Virus record (IMG/VR): IMGVR_UViG_3300023184_000108
Length of the DNA stretch: 20,000 bases
From: an uncultured virus (IMG/VR IMGVR_UViG_3300023184_000108)
Taxonomy: Duplodnaviria > Heunggongvirae > Uroviricota > Caudoviricetes
Strand: one strand, 5' to 3'
Of this stretch, positions 1 through 7,776 are shown one piece after another. The translations under genes were made by a program, and so were the position numbers. The notes below the pieces were generated by a model. The model was not told the origin of the DNA. It made no database searches and saw nothing but the letters and a program-made list of their open reading frames with translations. Positions within the stretch are counted from its first letter, which is position 1. The number at the start of each line of letters is the position of its first letter.

Positions 1-272
1 CACTCCCAGTGGGCACTGCGGTTGGTTTCTTAGCAGCAAACGGTCAATACGTTGGTACAGCAAACTGGGTTTCTACAGCAGCTTCTGCTGGCGCAACATC
101 AGTAGTTGTCAATGCCCAATACGGGGTAGTTAATGCTGGCGGCGCTGCTGCTACGGCTACCGTTATTCCAACCGGATCCACGATGGTGTTTACACAGTAT
201 CAGGAAGTTCTTTGCAAGATCAACTTCGCTGTCCACTCGTACTACACTGCTCTTGGTACTCAAACAGCTTAA
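1..272 (+). CDS. 5'-truncated virion structural protein immediately upstream of the major capsid gene
   Basis: Frame is open from the window edge (CTC CCA GTG...) to TAA at 270-272; Ala/Thr/Val/Gly-rich. Function inferred from position only. Confidence 0.7.
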   Translation, partial: LPVGTAVGFLAANGQYVGTANWVSTAASAGATSVVVNAQYGVVNAGGAAATATVIPTGSTMVFTQYQEVLCKINFAVHSYYTALGTQTA

Positions 273-284
273 GGAGTAACTTAA

Positions 285-1196
285 ATGGCTATTTCACGCG
301 CACAACTGTTAAAAGAACTCCTTCCCGGATTGAACGCATTGTTTGGTCTGGAGTACGCACGTTATGGTGAAGAACATAAAGAAATTTATGAAATTGAAAC
401 CTCTGAGCGTTCTTTTGAAGAAGAAACGAAACTTTCAGGTTTCTCTGCTGCACCTGTTAAGAACGAAGGCTCAGCCATCGCTTACGACAATGCACAAGAA
501 GCATGGACTGCTCGCTATAACCACGAAACCATTGCTTTGGGTTTCTCATTGACCGAAGAGGCCATTGAGGATAACTTGTACGACAGCTTGTCTGCTCGGT
601 ACACCAAAGGTCTGGCTCGTGCAATGGCATATACCAAGCAGGTTAAAGCTGCTGCTGTATTGAACAACGGTTTCTCTGCTGCTTATACCGGCGGTGATGG
701 CGTTGCTTTGTTCAACACTGCTCACCCCTTGGTTAACGGCGGCACTAACAGCAACACTCCCTCAACTCAAGCTGATTTGAACGAAACTTCTTTGGAAGCT
801 GCCGTTATTCAGATCGCTGCTTGGACAGACGAGCGTGGTTTGTTGATCGCTGCTAAACCCAAGAAATTGGTTATTCCCCCTGCATTGCAATTCGTGGCTA
901 CCCGCCTGTTGGAAACCAGCCTGCGCGTTGGTACAAACAACAACGATATCAATGCAATCAAGAATAACGGTTCAATTCCAGAAGGTTATACCCAAAACCA
1001 CTTCTTGACCGATACCAATGCTTGGTTCTTGACTACAGACGTACCTAACGGTATGAAGATGTTCGTTCGTACTCCGCTGGCTAACAGCATGGACGGCGAC
1101 TTTGACACCGGCAACGTGCGTTACAAGTCCCGCGAGCGTTATTCGTTCGGCTGGTCTGATCCATTGGGAATGTTTGGATCCTCTGGTTCATTCTGA
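285..1196 (+). CDS. Major capsid protein, Mu gpT-like family (HK97 fold)
   Basis: 303 aa, strong RBS AAGGAG at ~271-276. MAISRAQLLKELLPGLNALFGLEY...GGDGVALF...HP...PKKLVIPPAL...DFDTGNVRYKSRERYSFGWSDP is the recognisable signature of this capsid family; followed by a terminator. Confidence 0.93.
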   Translation: MAISRAQLLKELLPGLNALFGLEYARYGEEHKEIYEIETSERSFEEETKLSGFSAAPVKNEGSAIAYDNAQEAWTARYNHETIALGFSLTEEAIEDNLYDSLSARYTKGLARAMAYTKQVKAAAVLNNGFSAAYTGGDGVALFNTAHPLVNGGTNSNTPSTQADLNETSLEAAVIQIAAWTDERGLLIAAKPKKLVIPPALQFVATRLLETSLRVGTNNNDINAIKNNGSIPEGYTQNHFLTDTNAWFLTTDVPNGMKMFVRTPLANSMDGDFDTGNVRYKSRERYSFGWSDPLGMFGSSGSF

Positions 1197-1220
1197 TAAT
1201 TTGGTTTTAAACAACCAAAT

Positions 1221-1249
1221 GGGGGCCCCCAAAAGGGGCCTTTTTTTAT
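1221..1249 (+). terminator. Intrinsic terminator after the capsid gene
   Basis: GGCCCC(1224-1229)-CAAAA-GGGGCC(1235-1240) stem followed by TTTTTTTATT. Confidence 0.85.
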
Positions 1250-1324
1250 TATCTTTTGCCTGTAATAAAGCTCTTGTACGATTATTTTGCAGCGCGGTGT
1301 TGCACCCATTTTTAGGAGTTAATT

Positions 1325-1699
1325 ATGTACAAGGTTGAGATTGATATTTCTGTTTGGGGTTTTGAAGACGACGAAAAATTAGTTATTCATACCACTGATT
1401 TTGAGAAAGCACAAATCATCCAAGAGTTCGTTGCGTTCCAGCAAGAGCATGGTTGGGCTGTTGATTACGAAGCAGTGTCTTACGAAGATGAAGACGAAGA
1501 TGATGATGATGACTACGTTTATGACGAAGATACCGATGCTTGGTATTGGTACGACGGAGAGATTGATACTTGGTATGTCTACGATGAAGAGTCTGCTGAC
1601 TGGATTGAGTACGTTGAAGACGAAGAAGAAGAAGAAGATGAATCCGAAGAAGAATCTTCTACCACGACCACATACGTCATTACTAAAATTGACGAGTAA
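1325..1699 (+). CDS. Highly acidic hypothetical protein with three aromatic 10-aa repeats (DNA-mimic-like, moron-like)
   Basis: 124 aa, RBS AGGAG at 1314-1318; about 48 D/E versus 4 K and no R by manual count; repeats YVYDEDTDAW/YWYDGEIDTW/YVYDEESADW. Confidence 0.8.
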   Translation: MYKVEIDISVWGFEDDEKLVIHTTDFEKAQIIQEFVAFQQEHGWAVDYEAVSYEDEDEDDDDDYVYDEDTDAWYWYDGEIDTWYVYDEESADWIEYVEDEEEEEDESEEESSTTTTYVITKIDE

Positions 1700-1719
1700 T
1701 CGCTATTCGCGAATAGCGA
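1700..1719. repeat. Perfect 20-bp palindrome TCGCTATTCGCGAATAGCGA
   Basis: Sequence equals its own reverse complement; sits between the two convergent stop codons. Confidence 0.9.
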
Positions 1720-1722
1720 ACA

Positions 1723-2094
1723 CTAGGGGGCTTCGGCCCCTTTTTCTTTTTCTCTTTTACGTTCATTGTAGTGGTAAACCCTATGGCAATTTGAACACAA
1801 AACTACACATTGCTCAACTTCCTCCATTGCCTTTTTATAGCGCCCAGCCCCTACGAGTGTATGGACACTTGCGTTTTTCATATCAGGGTCTATGTGGTGA
1901 AAGTCTAATATTGCTGGATGGTTTAGCCCACATTCAAGGCAAGACAGGGTGGCTTTAAATTCTCTCCACTCAATTCTTAATTTTTTACTGCGTTTTTTGG
2001 TTGAAGCTTTAACCTTATCTGAATTTTTGCCGTAATGTTTTTTAGAATACCCACGTTGCTTTTCTTTCTTTTTGGTGGGATCTTTGTACGGCAT
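1723..2094 (-). CDS. HNH endonuclease (free-standing, probably homing)
   Basis: 123 aa; basic N-terminus, then CLECG...LDFHHID...EVEQCVVLCSNCHRVYH (CxxC / HH / CxNCH pattern). Only credible minus-strand gene. Confidence 0.88.
   Translation of the reverse strand: MPYKDPTKKKEKQRGYSKKHYGKNSDKVKASTKKRSKKLRIEWREFKATLSCLECGLNHPAILDFHHIDPDMKNASVHTLVGAGRYKKAMEEVEQCVVLCSNCHRVYHYNERKREKEKGAEAP
1725..1750 (+). terminator. Intrinsic terminator (cUUCGg hairpin) after the acidic gene, overlapping the 3' end of the antisense HNH gene
   Basis: GGGGC-TTCG-GCCCC (1727-1740) followed by TTTTTCTTTT. Confidence 0.85.
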
Positions 2095-2095
2095 A

Positions 2096-2123
2096 TTGAC
2101 ATTCTACACAAATCATGTATATT
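2096..2123 (+). promoter_or_regulatory. Sigma70-type promoter for the downstream structural genes
   Basis: Perfect -35 TTGACA (2096-2101), 16-nt spacer, -10 TATATT (2118-2123); implied start ~2129-2131, just before the structured RNA. Confidence 0.65.
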
Positions 2124-2130
2124 GCTCCCA

Positions 2131-2204
2131 TCTGGGTGATTGCTTTTACCGCCACTGCCCCAGCAGACGATGCAACGATTGGTAAGAGCGCTTTTGCATA
2201 AGGA
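2131..2204 (+). ncRNA. Structured RNA with two hairpins and a loop-loop pseudoknot; likely Mu-gpT-DE RNA motif
   Basis: CTGGG(2132-2136)/CCCAG(2159-2163); ATGCAA(2170-2175)/TTGCAT(2194-2199); loops pair GCTTTTACC(2142-2150)/GGTAAGAGC(2181-2189). Core ACTGCCCCAGCAGACGATGCA and location downstream of a gpT-like gene fit my recollection of that motif; not confirmed by a covariance model. Confidence 0.6.
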
Positions 2205-2212
2205 TTTTTATC

Positions 2213-3220
2213 ATGGCACGCGCAACATTTGAAGGCCCCATTCTTGCGGGCGACAATCGTTTTGGGCCTCTTCGTAACGTAGGTTACACAGAAGCAGTTC
2301 AAACAGCATACCTAGACATTCTCAACACAACCGCTAACACTTCTGGTTATTCTGGTGGCTCTGGTGTGTTTGTTAGATCAAACGGCATTCCAAATTCACA
2401 AGCAACGGTGTATTCACCTTCTGCAACGGCATTTCCACCTACGGCACAAACAATTCCTGCGGATTCTGCGACCAACATATATCGTGGTGCTGTTATGTAT
2501 CTGCCTTATGGCTCAACCATAAACGACGTTTTTGTTGATTGTGGTAACCCTGTAGCCGTTTCTGGTGGTTCAGCCGCACTTACTTCTGCTACTGTGTATG
2601 TTTCAAATAACTATACAGCCGCCGCAGGTACAGCAAAATATTTTCAAACTGGTTCTATTACTGCTGCTGGTCGTCAATCGCTGTCAACATTTACTACAGC
2701 GCAACTCTATAACCAACAGCTTGGCACTACCGGTGACATCACCAACCCACCCGCAAGCGGTCAAGGTACAAGCCCTAATAGCAACCTAGTATCACAGCTT
2801 GTATTTACCCTTGCTATTGTTGGCACTTCTTTAGATACACGCGTTGCTACGGCGACTGTTGCTGGTGCTGTGATTGCAGACACTATTGGTACTTTCACTT
2901 GTACTTCTAACGCGTTTTTGGCTGTTGGTCAAACAATAACTCTTTCTGGAACATATGGTGGTACAGGTTCAATTACTGGCTACTCAAACCCAACAAGCTA
3001 TTTGGTTGCTACTGCTACTGGCGGCGCTGGTACTGTTACTGGATTTAAGATTATTAACTTGGACGGTAGCCCTGTTACAACAACTGCGGGTACACCTACA
3101 GGTATTACTTACACAATCAGTTCAGCACTTTCTGGTAGGTTCCTTTTCACGGCACGTTATACGCAGCTTGATGGCAACATTGGCAGTACCACTGCTTACC
3201 CATACGGTAACTTTGACTAA
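2213..3220 (+). CDS. Virion structural protein (putative capsid decoration/head fibre)
   Basis: 335 aa, RBS AAGGA at 2200-2204; N-terminus MARATFEGPILAG of the type seen after this capsid family; T/G/A/S-rich beta composition. Confidence 0.7.
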   Translation: MARATFEGPILAGDNRFGPLRNVGYTEAVQTAYLDILNTTANTSGYSGGSGVFVRSNGIPNSQATVYSPSATAFPPTAQTIPADSATNIYRGAVMYLPYGSTINDVFVDCGNPVAVSGGSAALTSATVYVSNNYTAAAGTAKYFQTGSITAAGRQSLSTFTTAQLYNQQLGTTGDITNPPASGQGTSPNSNLVSQLVFTLAIVGTSLDTRVATATVAGAVIADTIGTFTCTSNAFLAVGQTITLSGTYGGTGSITGYSNPTSYLVATATGGAGTVTGFKIINLDGSPVTTTAGTPTGITYTISSALSGRFLFTARYTQLDGNIGSTTAYPYGNFD

Positions 3221-3229
3221 TTGAGTAAC

Positions 3230-3251
3230 GGGGGCTTCGGCCCCCTTCTTT
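3230..3251 (+). terminator. cUUCGg hairpin / weak intrinsic terminator
   Basis: GGGGGC-TTCG-GCCCCC (3230-3245) followed by TTCTTT; same 15-nt core as the 1726-1740 hairpin. Confidence 0.7.
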
Positions 3252-3270
3252 GGATTTAAAGGAGTATCGT

Positions 3271-6102
3271 ATGTCAGGTGGATGGACAGTAGTTGACTCA
3301 ACGTCAAACAAATCAATTCCTATTCAAGGAACAACCGTTTCAGGCGCTGCTGCGCCTTTTGTAACACCTGCTCCGGGTACACAAGACCCAGTAGGAAAAT
3401 TCCGCGTATCTCAACCTCAAGCGTTGATTGATACCGACTTTGAATATGGTACGCAGCCTACAAAGTGGGAATCTATTTCTTTACAAAACAATAGGCAAAG
3501 CACATATTATATTCAACAACAGCCTTTGGTTGTTACATCAATCACAGGCACAACAACACTAACACTTACTGGCACATTTGTTGTTGCCGCCAATACACCA
3601 ATCTTTATCCAAAATGCAACTGATTCATATGCCAACGGATGGTGGTGGACAATTGCTGGTGGTACAAACACAATGACCTGTATCCCCACAACTGCGCCAG
3701 CAGCAGGGGAAAAGTTTAGTGCGACAGGCACTTATGTGTATGCAGGTTATTTTTATTCAAACTGCGGTATAGCTTTATCTTCAACAACAGCGTTTACAAC
3801 AGATGGTACAGCTACTGTTCTTTGTACAACCACTGGTGCTCACGGCCTTCAAAAAGACAGTTTGATTTATATCAAGGGTACAACCAGCTCAGGAACAACC
3901 ATCAACGGTGCGTTTGTTGTTGCGACAGTACCAACAGCTAACACATTCACTTTTGTGAACACCAACGGTACGGTGGCGGCATCAGCTATCACCAACGTTG
4001 CTAACAATACTACGCTTTATGCCCGTCCTGCGGGTTATGTAGAGCCTCGTACTTTTGATGGTGGTGTGGCATTTACTGCTGGTGGTGGAGCGCCTAATCA
4101 ACAGTTGATTCGTCAAACACGTCGTTATTTCCGTTACCAGTCTGGCAAGGGTATTCAGTTTTCTACGGGTTCATCTTTAAAACCCGCACTGTTTGTTACT
4201 TCTATTACGGGTACTGGAACAACTGCGACAGTCACCACTCGTTATGTTCATAACATGACAGTAGGTTCTAAAATACAGGTGGCTGGATGTAATCAAGGCG
4301 TATATAACGGAACATTTACTGTTGCGTCTATTGTCAACCCAACATCTTTTACATACACAACTGTCAATAGTATTGGCACCACCCCTGCAACAGGACTTAT
4401 TCGTATCAGCCCTTTGAGTTGGTATGGATCTTCTAATCGTGTTGGAATGTTTGACCAGCAAAACGGATTCTTTTTTGAGTTTGATGGTCAGACTTTGTAC
4501 GCTGTGCTGCGAAATTCCATTAACCAGATCAACGGAACAGTTGCCGTAACCAACGGCTCAAACATTGTTACGGGTACGGGTAGCGCATTCTCAAGTCAAT
4601 TATTGATTGGTGACTATATTGTTATCCGTGGGCAGTCTTATAAAGTGCTTACGATTACCAGCGATACTGTTTTGCAGGTTTCTCCTGAGTATCGCGGCAC
4701 TACGATTAGCGGTGCTTTGGTGTCTCGCACAATTGATTTTAGAATCCCACAGTCATCTTGGTACGATAGAGCTGATGGTACAGGCCCATCAGGATATAAC
4801 ATTGATCTGACTCGTATGCAGATGTGGTACATCGACTACTCATGGTACGGTGCTGGTGTTGTTCGTTTTGGTTTCCGCGGTTCAAAAGGACAAATAACCT
4901 ACGTTACACAGATTCAAAACAATAACGTACAGTTTGAAGCCTACATGCGTTCTGGAAACATGGCGGCTCACTATGAGTCAAATGGACAATCCCCAATAAC
5001 ACAGTTGTCAGCCAGTTTAAGTGCGGGCGGTACAACCACTTTATCTGCGGCATTGGCTGTTGATGCTGTAACAGTTCCAATAACTTCAACAACTAACTTT
5101 AACTCTGCTGGTGTTGCTGTTATCGGCACTGAGTATATTTACTACACAGGCATATCAGGTTCTAGTTTAATTGGTTGTACAAGAGGTTATGGCGGCACAG
5201 CTGCAAAATCTTATGCAAGCGGCACAGCAATCGGCCCATCTTCGATTGATATTGATAATGGCGCTGGTTTTGCTCCAAGTGGTTCAGTTAAAGTACAAGC
5301 ATCAGGTGCTTCTGGAGCAATTGAGTACATCGCTTACGCAGGCAATGACGGCAGTTTCTTGTATGGTTTAACTCGCGGTCAAACTGGTGGAGCTGCTGCA
5401 ACAGCGTTTACCTACTCAGCAACAGCCCCTGTAGCGGTTGAGTTTGCGTCTCCTGATACTGTTCCTTCCCTGTCTCATTGGGGTTCATCAGTAATTATGG
5501 ATGGTACTTTTAACGATGATAAATCGTTAATTTTTAACTACGGTATAAGTGTTCCAGTAACTTTGCAAACAACAGTTACCCAAGTATGTCCATTGCTTGC
5601 AATTCGAATTGCGCCCGCTGTTGATAACGGTCAAATTGGATTGCTTGGTCAAAGAGAAATTATCAACCGTATGCAGTTGCAGTTGGTTGAATTGGGGGTT
5701 GTTACAAGTGGTACTACTTTAATTACTTTGGTACTGAACGGTTATGTATCGGGCGGAACGTGGGGAGCTTGGACTTCGCCAGTTTCTCAAGGTGTTGACG
5801 CTGTTATTTCATCGTTGGCTCAAGTTTCGGTGAACACTTTAACCACTGGCACATTGAAGGGCGGTGAGTCAGTTGCTGCGTTTTATACTAATACATCTGG
5901 TCAAACTGTTTTGGACTTGTCCCAAGTACGTGACATCGGTAACTCAATTTTGGGTGGTGGTAATAGCTCTGCTGTGTCTACAAGCCCTGCCAACGTCTAC
6001 CCAGATGGCCCTGATGTTTTGTATGTTTGCGCTACCAACGTGGTAGCCGCAGCAACACCAAGTGTGTACACTCGTTTGTCTTGGAAAGAAGCACAGGCTT
6101 AA
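3271..6102 (+). CDS. Large multidomain beta-rich virion protein (putative head/tail fibre or spike)
   Basis: Start moved to ATG 3271 (RBS AAGGAG 3259-3264), 943 aa; core motifs RQTRRYFRYQSGKG, IDYSWYGAG, HWGSSVIMDG interrupted by repeated small beta domains. Confidence 0.8.
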   Translation: MSGGWTVVDSTSNKSIPIQGTTVSGAAAPFVTPAPGTQDPVGKFRVSQPQALIDTDFEYGTQPTKWESISLQNNRQSTYYIQQQPLVVTSITGTTTLTLTGTFVVAANTPIFIQNATDSYANGWWWTIAGGTNTMTCIPTTAPAAGEKFSATGTYVYAGYFYSNCGIALSSTTAFTTDGTATVLCTTTGAHGLQKDSLIYIKGTTSSGTTINGAFVVATVPTANTFTFVNTNGTVAASAITNVANNTTLYARPAGYVEPRTFDGGVAFTAGGGAPNQQLIRQTRRYFRYQSGKGIQFSTGSSLKPALFVTSITGTGTTATVTTRYVHNMTVGSKIQVAGCNQGVYNGTFTVASIVNPTSFTYTTVNSIGTTPATGLIRISPLSWYGSSNRVGMFDQQNGFFFEFDGQTLYAVLRNSINQINGTVAVTNGSNIVTGTGSAFSSQLLIGDYIVIRGQSYKVLTITSDTVLQVSPEYRGTTISGALVSRTIDFRIPQSSWYDRADGTGPSGYNIDLTRMQMWYIDYSWYGAGVVRFGFRGSKGQITYVTQIQNNNVQFEAYMRSGNMAAHYESNGQSPITQLSASLSAGGTTTLSAALAVDAVTVPITSTTNFNSAGVAVIGTEYIYYTGISGSSLIGCTRGYGGTAAKSYASGTAIGPSSIDIDNGAGFAPSGSVKVQASGASGAIEYIAYAGNDGSFLYGLTRGQTGGAAATAFTYSATAPVAVEFASPDTVPSLSHWGSSVIMDGTFNDDKSLIFNYGISVPVTLQTTVTQVCPLLAIRIAPAVDNGQIGLLGQREIINRMQLQLVELGVVTSGTTLITLVLNGYVSGGTWGAWTSPVSQGVDAVISSLAQVSVNTLTTGTLKGGESVAAFYTNTSGQTVLDLSQVRDIGNSILGGGNSSAVSTSPANVYPDGPDVLYVCATNVVAAATPSVYTRLSWKEAQA

Positions 6103-6103
6103 C

Positions 6104-6415
6104 ATGGCAACTCCAGCATGGCAACGCAAAGAAGGCAAGAACCCGAATGGCGGCTTGAACGCCAAAGGCCGAGCCTCTGCGAAGAAAGAAGGACACAACC
6201 TGAAGCCCCCACAACCAGAAGGCGGCAGCAGGCGCGACTCTTTCTGCGCCCGGATGAAAGGCATGAAGTCGAAGCTCACGAGCGCCAAGACCGCAAGCGA
6301 TCCGGATTCGAGGATTAACAAGTCTTTGAGAGCATGGAACTGCGCTGAAGGCGGCTATGTGAGTGCGGCTGATGGATGTGCTACCAAAGGCAAAACGAAA
6401 GGCAGGTTTGTGTGA
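6104..6415 (+). CDS. Small basic phage protein (DUF6321-like) with C-terminal GG/ADG tag
   Basis: ATG 6104 directly after the upstream TAA; PAWQRKEGKNPNGGLNAKGRAS...RRDSFCARM...SRINKSLRAWNC, then AEGGYVSAADGCATKGKTKG. Confidence 0.8.
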   Translation: MATPAWQRKEGKNPNGGLNAKGRASAKKEGHNLKPPQPEGGSRRDSFCARMKGMKSKLTSAKTASDPDSRINKSLRAWNCAEGGYVSAADGCATKGKTKGRFV

Positions 6416-6654
6416 TGGATTTAAACACTATATGGTCTGCTGGACTTTCTGTTTTGATGGGAGCTTTGTGGTTCTTTATCAAAGAGAAGTTTGAGGATGT
6501 CAAACGAATTGAGCGTTTACTCAATACAACCCGTGAGGAGATGGCCCGTGATTACGCAACTAATTCAGAAGTACAAAGAGTTACTGACCACATTGACCAG
6601 CGGTTTAACCGCCTTGAAGCAAAAATTGACCAGCTTATTCAAGCGGGGAAGTGA
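6415..6654 (+). CDS. Small protein with N-terminal transmembrane helix and coiled coil
   Basis: TGATG overlap with the upstream stop; IWSAGLSVLMGALWFFI then heptad-like RFNRLEAKIDQLI. Confidence 0.75.
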   Translation: MDLNTIWSAGLSVLMGALWFFIKEKFEDVKRIERLLNTTREEMARDYATNSEVQRVTDHIDQRFNRLEAKIDQLIQAGK

Positions 6655-7070
6655 TGCCAAGCAGTAGTGCAAAGCAGCATAAATTCATGGAGGCGGTGGC
6701 CCACAACCCAGCGTTTGCCAAGAAGGTAGGAGTTCCACAGTCTGTGGGCAAGGATTTTTCAACCGCCGATAAAGGCAAAACTTTTAAAAGAGGTGGCGAG
6801 ATGGCTACAAAAATGGATCCCAAGATGATGGCAATGATGGCTGCTAAAAAACGTGGTGCTGGCATGGGCGCTATGGCTGCTCCCGCTGCCCCTACTGGTG
6901 GTATGGGTATGGGCATGATGAAAAAAGGCGGCACGACCAAAAAGATGGCAACAGGTGGTTTGGCTGCGGCTCACAAAGCTGCTGACGGTGTTGCTTCTAG
7001 AGGTAAAACTAAGGGTATGCAAGTTTCCATGTCTGGTAACAAGGGCATGAAAAAAGGCGGCAAGGTCTAA
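6654..7070 (+). CDS. Small basic Met/Lys/Gly-rich protein with four xxGG motifs and ADG tag
   Basis: TGATG overlap; FKRGG, MKKGG, MATGG...AADGVASRGKTKG, MKKGG. Confidence 0.8.
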   Translation: MPSSSAKQHKFMEAVAHNPAFAKKVGVPQSVGKDFSTADKGKTFKRGGEMATKMDPKMMAMMAAKKRGAGMGAMAAPAAPTGGMGMGMMKKGGTTKKMATGGLAAAHKAADGVASRGKTKGMQVSMSGNKGMKKGGKV

Positions 7071-7080
7071 GGAGTAAATC

Positions 7081-7497
7081 ATGGCAACAAGCGCATTTGG
7101 TAAAGCATTCCGTGCAGCCCGCGATGCAGGTGATACAGAGTTTGAATTTAATGGTAAAAAGTACAACACCAAACTGAAGGAAGAAGATTCAGGTTCATCC
7201 AAGTCTTCTACTCGCGCAGCTCGTCCAACATCTACTGAAACTAGATCAGCCCCCGAGCCACGCGAGTCAGCTGCCGCTGCATCTAATGACCAAACTTCTT
7301 CTGCTCCATCTTCTGATAGTTCAAGCAGTAGTAAATCATGGTGGACAACCCCTAATAAAAATTTACAAGAAGGTACATTCCCAAGCGGAAAAGAAATTCG
7401 TTCTGCTTTAGGTTCGTCCTATAAAAAAGGTGGTTCTGTTTCCAGCCGTGCAGACGGTATTGCTCAGCGGGGTAAGACTCGCGGAAAGATGTGCTAA
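7081..7497 (+). CDS. Hypothetical protein with Ser-rich linker and C-terminal GG/ADG tag
   Basis: RBS AAGGAG 7069-7074; FGKAFRAARDAG..EFEFNGKKYNT N-terminal module; ends YKKGGSVSSRADGIAQRGKTRGKMC. Confidence 0.82.
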   Translation: MATSAFGKAFRAARDAGDTEFEFNGKKYNTKLKEEDSGSSKSSTRAARPTSTETRSAPEPRESAAAASNDQTSSAPSSDSSSSSKSWWTTPNKNLQEGTFPSGKEIRSALGSSYKKGGSVSSRADGIAQRGKTRGKMC

Positions 7498-7500
7498 ATC

Positions 7501-7776
7501 ATGGCTGCTGAAGACGACAAGAAAGCTGCGCAGTATCGCAAAGAAGCCAAGATCGGCGGTACTGATGCGCCGGTTCCTTCAAGCGTTACACAAGAAGTAG
7601 AAGACAAAAAAGCGGCGGCTAAAGCTGCTGCGGCTCCTACAACTAAAACACAAATGGGTAAACCGTTTTCAAAGGGCGGGTCAGCTTCTAGCCGCGCAGA
7701 TGGTATTGCCCAGCGTGGTAAGACCAAGGGAACTTTTATCATGTGTGGTGGCGGTATGGCAAAGGGCAAACGATGA
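7501..7776 (+). CDS. Small basic protein with C-terminal GG/ADG tag
   Basis: 91 aa, 3 nt after the upstream stop; FSKGGSASSRADGIAQRGKTKG...MCGGG. Confidence 0.8.
   Translation: MAAEDDKKAAQYRKEAKIGGTDAPVPSSVTQEVEDKKAAAKAAAAPTTKTQMGKPFSKGGSASSRADGIAQRGKTKGTFIMCGGGMAKGKR

Noticed and set aside
2131..2204. Self-cleaving ribozyme or tRNA interpretation of the structured RNA
   Set aside because: No hammerhead CUGANGA/GAAA core, no convincing HDV-like topology, no cloverleaf or T-loop.
3250..3270. Upstream TTG start for the large protein
   Set aside because: Lies in the hairpin tail; AAGGAG is correctly spaced for ATG 3271.
6341..7725. Repeated tag sequences as a CRISPR-like or DNA repeat array
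   Set aside because: Irregular spacing, in-frame within ORFs, and differences concentrated at synonymous positions.
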